Positions 60,563-64,000 of a DNA stretch of 64,000 nucleotides are shown here, piece by piece (position 1 is the stretch's first letter; the number at the start of each line of letters is the position of its first letter). This DNA is from an uncultured Cytophagales bacterium. GTDB lineage: Bacteria > Bacteroidota > Bacteroidia > Cytophagales > Bernardetiaceae. The notes under the pieces are model-generated. The model saw only the letters and a list, made by a program, of their open reading frames with translations, was not told where the DNA came from and searched no databases. Position numbers and translations under genes: made by a program. The stretch spans positions 925,579 to 989,578 of the forward strand of contig CAVRCG010000004.1 in NCBI GenBank assembly GCA_963719525.1, read 5' to 3'.

Positions 60563-61258
60563 TTGTTTATGTCTATTCTTCAAACTGTTCGTACTTCTAC
60601 TCGTTCAAAACACGATTTAATGGAAAATCTCATTGGTTCAGACCGTTTGAGTGAATTTTCTATTGAAGATTATATATTACTCTTGAGTACAAATTTTATT
60701 TTTCATTCGCATTTGGAAGAAAAAGTAAAAGAGTTTTTGCTAGAAGAAGAAGCGCAAAACGAATATAAAAAGGAAGCTCAAAAGGAGGATAAAAAGAACA
60801 ATAAAAAGAACAATAAAAACAAGGAACTAGAGAATAAATGGATTACAAAATTTGATTTTGACGAACGTATAAAAGCGATTGTCTTAGAACAAGAATTGAA
60901 AAATATACTTCCTCCTTCAACTTTTAAAGAAGTAAAGGCTATTCAAAATACAGTTTCGTTTTTAGATTATCACTCTCTTTTGGGGCGTGTTTATGTAGCA
61001 GAGGGTTCAATGTTGGGAGGAAAAATGATGCAAAAAATATTAGCCCAAAATGAGCAAATAAATCAGGTTACAAATTTTGATTTTTTCAAGAGTTTTGAAG
61101 GAACAGCTTTTCCTCTTTGGAAATCGTTTAAAGAATTGGTAGAAGAAGAATGTGTTACTGAAAAACAACAAGAAAATTTTTTAAATGGTGCAGAAAAATC
61201 TTATCTCTATTTCGAACAATCATTTTATAAAGCTAAAAACATTTTACAATCAAAATGA
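60563..61258 (+). CDS. bphO: heme oxygenase (BphO-type)
   Basis: 231 aa; …LGRVYVAEGSMLGGKMMQKIL… matches the HO distal-helix motif (Y.RYLGDLSGGQ.L); immediately upstream of a bacteriophytochrome. Confidence 0.65.
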   Translation: MFMSILQTVRTSTRSKHDLMENLIGSDRLSEFSIEDYILLLSTNFIFHSHLEEKVKEFLLEEEAQNEYKKEAQKEDKKNNKKNNKNKELENKWITKFDFDERIKAIVLEQELKNILPPSTFKEVKAIQNTVSFLDYHSLLGRVYVAEGSMLGGKMMQKILAQNEQINQVTNFDFFKSFEGTAFPLWKSFKELVEEECVTEKQQENFLNGAEKSYLYFEQSFYKAKNILQSK

Positions 61259-61315
61259 TTAATGCCTATAAATGCTACAAAGTTACTAATTCCTTCTTTC
61301 CATTAACTTACTTTT

Positions 61316-63733
61316 ATGCTCCCTATTACTGAAAAAGAATTAGAATTAGCCATTGAAAATTGTGCGAAAGAACCCATACATCGCTTAGGTTTTGTTCAAC
61401 CTTATGGTTTTTTGGTTTTGTTTTCAGAGAAAATGAATATTTTGGGTGTTAGTCAGAATCTGACCGAACAGACAGAATACAGTTTTGAAGACCTTATTAA
61501 TACTTCTCTCATAAGTTTGTTGGGCGACCGACAAACAAAATTTCTTAAAAGCAAAATAGAAAAATTAGAACTTGAAGACGAAACAGCTTATTACAAAGCA
61601 ATTAGTCCTTTACGTTTTTTTTTAGAAATAGATAATGAAAAAGCTCCTTTTGATGGGATTATTCATAGAAGTAATCACGGTTTTGTGTTAGAATTAGAGC
61701 CTGTTGATACAGAAATAAACGAAACTGGAAAGGATAATTTTTATCAAATCAATAAGAAATCAATTATTCGTTTTCAACATTCGAATCAGCTAGAAGAACT
61801 CTATAAAATAATTGTAGAAGAAATACAAAATATTACAGGATTTGATAGGGTAATGCTCTACAAATTTAATAAAAATTTTGATGGACAAATTGTAGCAGAG
61901 GTCAAACAAGAAGATATGAATTCTTTTTATGATTTATGGTTTCCTGCTACTGATATTCCCAAACAAGCTAGAGAAATGTATCTCAAGAATTGGTTGCGAT
62001 TAATTGTCAATATAAATCATACGCCTTCGCCTATTTTGTTGGAAGAATCTATCAAGAATGAACCTTTAGATTTGACTTTTTCTACATTGCGTAGCGTTTC
62101 GCCTGTCCATATCGAATACCTCAAAAATATGGGAGTTGGCGCTTCTATGTCTATTTCTATTATTATCGATGGTAAATTGTGGGGACTTATTTCGTGTCAT
62201 CATAATTTGGCTAAAAAGGTTGATTATTCTACTCGTATGACGGCTGAATTTTTTGCTCAACTTGTTTCTTTACAAATTGATAGATTGCAAAAAAATAATT
62301 TCCAATACGATAAATTAGAAAAACAGACACTTTCGGAAGGAATTGTAGAATCACTCAACGAAGAAAAAAATGTGTATGCAGGAATGATTAAAAAAGGAAA
62401 TTCTTTTTTGAAATTACTGAATGCTGACGGTTTTGCTGTTCTGACCGATATTGACAAAAATAGAAAAATATCGACAGTAGGAATTACACCGAATAAAGAA
62501 GAGATTTGGAAAATAAAAGACTGGTTGGAGGTAAATCATGAAAAGGGGATATTTTGTTCACATTGCGTTTCTGAAGATGTTGCAAAAGTAAAAATAGATT
62601 CTGCTATGTGTTCTGGTGTGTTGAGTATTTTGATTTCGAAGGAAGATAATAGTCGTATGATTTGGTTTCGAAAAGAATTGCAACAAAGTATAAGTTGGGG
62701 AGGAGAACCAGAAAAAGCCGTTTTTGAGCAAGGAAATGAATTTATATTAAAGCCTCGTAATTCGTTTGCCAAATGGAATCAAAACGTAGAATGTCAGTCG
62801 CAGCAATGGGAAGAGTCAGAAATAGAAATGGCAAAAAGCATTCAAGCAAAAATATTTTATATCGTTACTCAAAATATGAATGAGTATAGAGAAGAAATAA
62901 GGCGAAAAGAATTGGAACAGCAAGTTCAAATCCGAACAGAAGAACTCACATCAATTAACGAAAAGCTAAGTTCTGAAATAACGACGAGAGAAAATATATC
63001 ACAGCAGTTGAAGGAAGGTATGCAGCTTTTGGAACTTACCAACAAAGAATTAGAACATTTTGCTTACGTTGCTTCTCACGATTTGCAAGAACCTTTGCGT
63101 GCTATTGCTAGTTTTAGTCAGCTTTTGGAAAGGCGTTATAAAGGACAGTTGGATGAAAAAGCTGATATGTATATTCGTTTTATTATTGAAGGTTCAAACA
63201 GAATGAAAAGTCTGATTATGGATCTGTTGCAATATTCAAGATTACACCGAAACGAAACGCCTTATAAAGAAATTATTTTACAAAATGTATATGATGATGC
63301 TGTAAAAAACCTAACTGTTCGAATTGAGGAAACAGAAGCTACAATAGATTTGCAGAATACTATGTCTTCTTTCAATATATTTGGTAGTGAAATAAAACTT
63401 ACTCAACTCTTTCAAAACTTAATAGGAAATTCTTTAAAATATCGTTCGGCAGACAGAAAGCCTGTAGTGAAAATTAAGTGTATAGAAAAAGAAGAGCATT
63501 ATGATTTTACGATTTCAGATAATGGAATCGGAATTGACCCACGATTTGCAGACAGGATTTTTGTTCTGTTTCAACGTTTGCACACAAAGGAAGAATACGA
63601 AGGAACAGGAATTGGTCTAGCTCTTTGTCAGAAAATAGTAGAACAACACAATGGAAAAATCTGGCTAAACCTTCAAGAAAGTAAATATGGAAAGGGAACA
63701 ACTATTCATTTTACATTAAATAAACGCAATTAG
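61316..63733 (+). CDS. bphP: bacteriophytochrome histidine kinase (PAS-GAF-PHY-HisKA-HATPase)
   Basis: 805 aa; biliverdin-attachment context ENCAKEPIHRLGFVQPYGFLVL (CxxEPIHxxGxIQPxG), GAF/PHY region, H-box FAYVASHDLQEPLR, ATPase N/G boxes (IGNSLKY…DNGIGID…GTGIGLALC). Confidence 0.9.
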   Translation: MLPITEKELELAIENCAKEPIHRLGFVQPYGFLVLFSEKMNILGVSQNLTEQTEYSFEDLINTSLISLLGDRQTKFLKSKIEKLELEDETAYYKAISPLRFFLEIDNEKAPFDGIIHRSNHGFVLELEPVDTEINETGKDNFYQINKKSIIRFQHSNQLEELYKIIVEEIQNITGFDRVMLYKFNKNFDGQIVAEVKQEDMNSFYDLWFPATDIPKQAREMYLKNWLRLIVNINHTPSPILLEESIKNEPLDLTFSTLRSVSPVHIEYLKNMGVGASMSISIIIDGKLWGLISCHHNLAKKVDYSTRMTAEFFAQLVSLQIDRLQKNNFQYDKLEKQTLSEGIVESLNEEKNVYAGMIKKGNSFLKLLNADGFAVLTDIDKNRKISTVGITPNKEEIWKIKDWLEVNHEKGIFCSHCVSEDVAKVKIDSAMCSGVLSILISKEDNSRMIWFRKELQQSISWGGEPEKAVFEQGNEFILKPRNSFAKWNQNVECQSQQWEESEIEMAKSIQAKIFYIVTQNMNEYREEIRRKELEQQVQIRTEELTSINEKLSSEITTRENISQQLKEGMQLLELTNKELEHFAYVASHDLQEPLRAIASFSQLLERRYKGQLDEKADMYIRFIIEGSNRMKSLIMDLLQYSRLHRNETPYKEIILQNVYDDAVKNLTVRIEETEATIDLQNTMSSFNIFGSEIKLTQLFQNLIGNSLKYRSADRKPVVKIKCIEKEEHYDFTISDNGIGIDPRFADRIFVLFQRLHTKEEYEGTGIGLALCQKIVEQHNGKIWLNLQESKYGKGTTIHFTLNKRN

Positions 63734-63893
63734 TAAAACATATTTGCTTTTTTAGAGTAGTCAAATAGTGTAAATTCAGAAAAATAAAGCAGAATATTCT
63801 ATTAATTGGATAATTTTTTGTTTATTCATTTATAGACTTTACTTAAACAGACTAAAACGAAACCAAAAAATAGAAAAAAACAACTTAATACTA

Positions 63894-64000
63894 TGAAGCC
63901 TATCAAAATTCTACTCGTAGAAGACAATCTTGCAGATACCGTGCTTATTCAAGAGAGTTTGTTAGAGAGCAAACTCAACCTCGATATTGATGCCGTTATT
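63894..64000 (+). CDS. response regulator receiver domain (5' partial, runs off window)
   Basis: MKPIKILLVEDNLADTVLIQESL… typical receiver N-terminus directly after bphP. Confidence 0.6.

Noticed and set aside
1-64000. rRNA / tRNA genes
   Set aside because: No rRNA-like conserved segments and no convincing cloverleaf candidates noticed by eye in intergenic regions. A tRNAscan or Infernal run would be needed to exclude small RNAs definitively.

Overview
AT-rich window from a Bacteroidetes (Cytophagia-like) chromosome, recognised by a T9SS C-terminal sorting domain, type III glutamine synthetase, PDDEXK_9 'AAA-ATPase-like' paralogs and Bacteroidetes-style gene content. It mixes housekeeping genes with accessory, mobile-element-rich patches. 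Housekeeping genes recognised: frr, rsfS, ftsH, mutS, dnaG, birA-like, fumarylacetoacetase, pterin-4a-carbinolamine dehydratase, two crotonase-family enzymes, and PiT-like and Na/Pi phosphate transporters. Accessory content: (i) an IS110-family element inserted next to the C-terminal remnant of an IS200/RAYT-type Y1 transposase and a truncated YD-repeat gene, followed by a two-gene AAA_21 ATPase + TOPRIM-like (DUF4276-type) operon that resembles a split OLD/AbiL-like anti-phage module; (ii) an IS630-family element whose two transposase ORFs are split at an A7 run; (iii) a VapBC-like PIN toxin-antitoxin cassette flanked by two paralogous RHH-like small genes; (iv) a Fic protein followed by four tandem paralogous ~138-aa genes of unknown function; (v) a tandem duplication of an AAA-ATPase-like/PD-(D/E)XK gene with an internal mosaic cassette and 75-bp promoter-region repeats; (vi) a major vault protein (MVP) homolog fragmented into four frames; (vii) a bphO-bphP-response regulator photosensory operon. 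At least two families of short palindromic REP-like repeats sit in intergenic regions. Several genes carry frame breaks: essential ftsH at a CCGGG run (1-bp deletion), the IS630 transposase at an A7 run (+1 shift), and a giant DUF445-like gene and MVP at sites I could not resolve. The ftsH and IS630 cases point to homopolymer indel errors in the assembly rather than decay, so most frame breaks should be treated cautiously. No rRNA, tRNA or CRISPR array was recognised.
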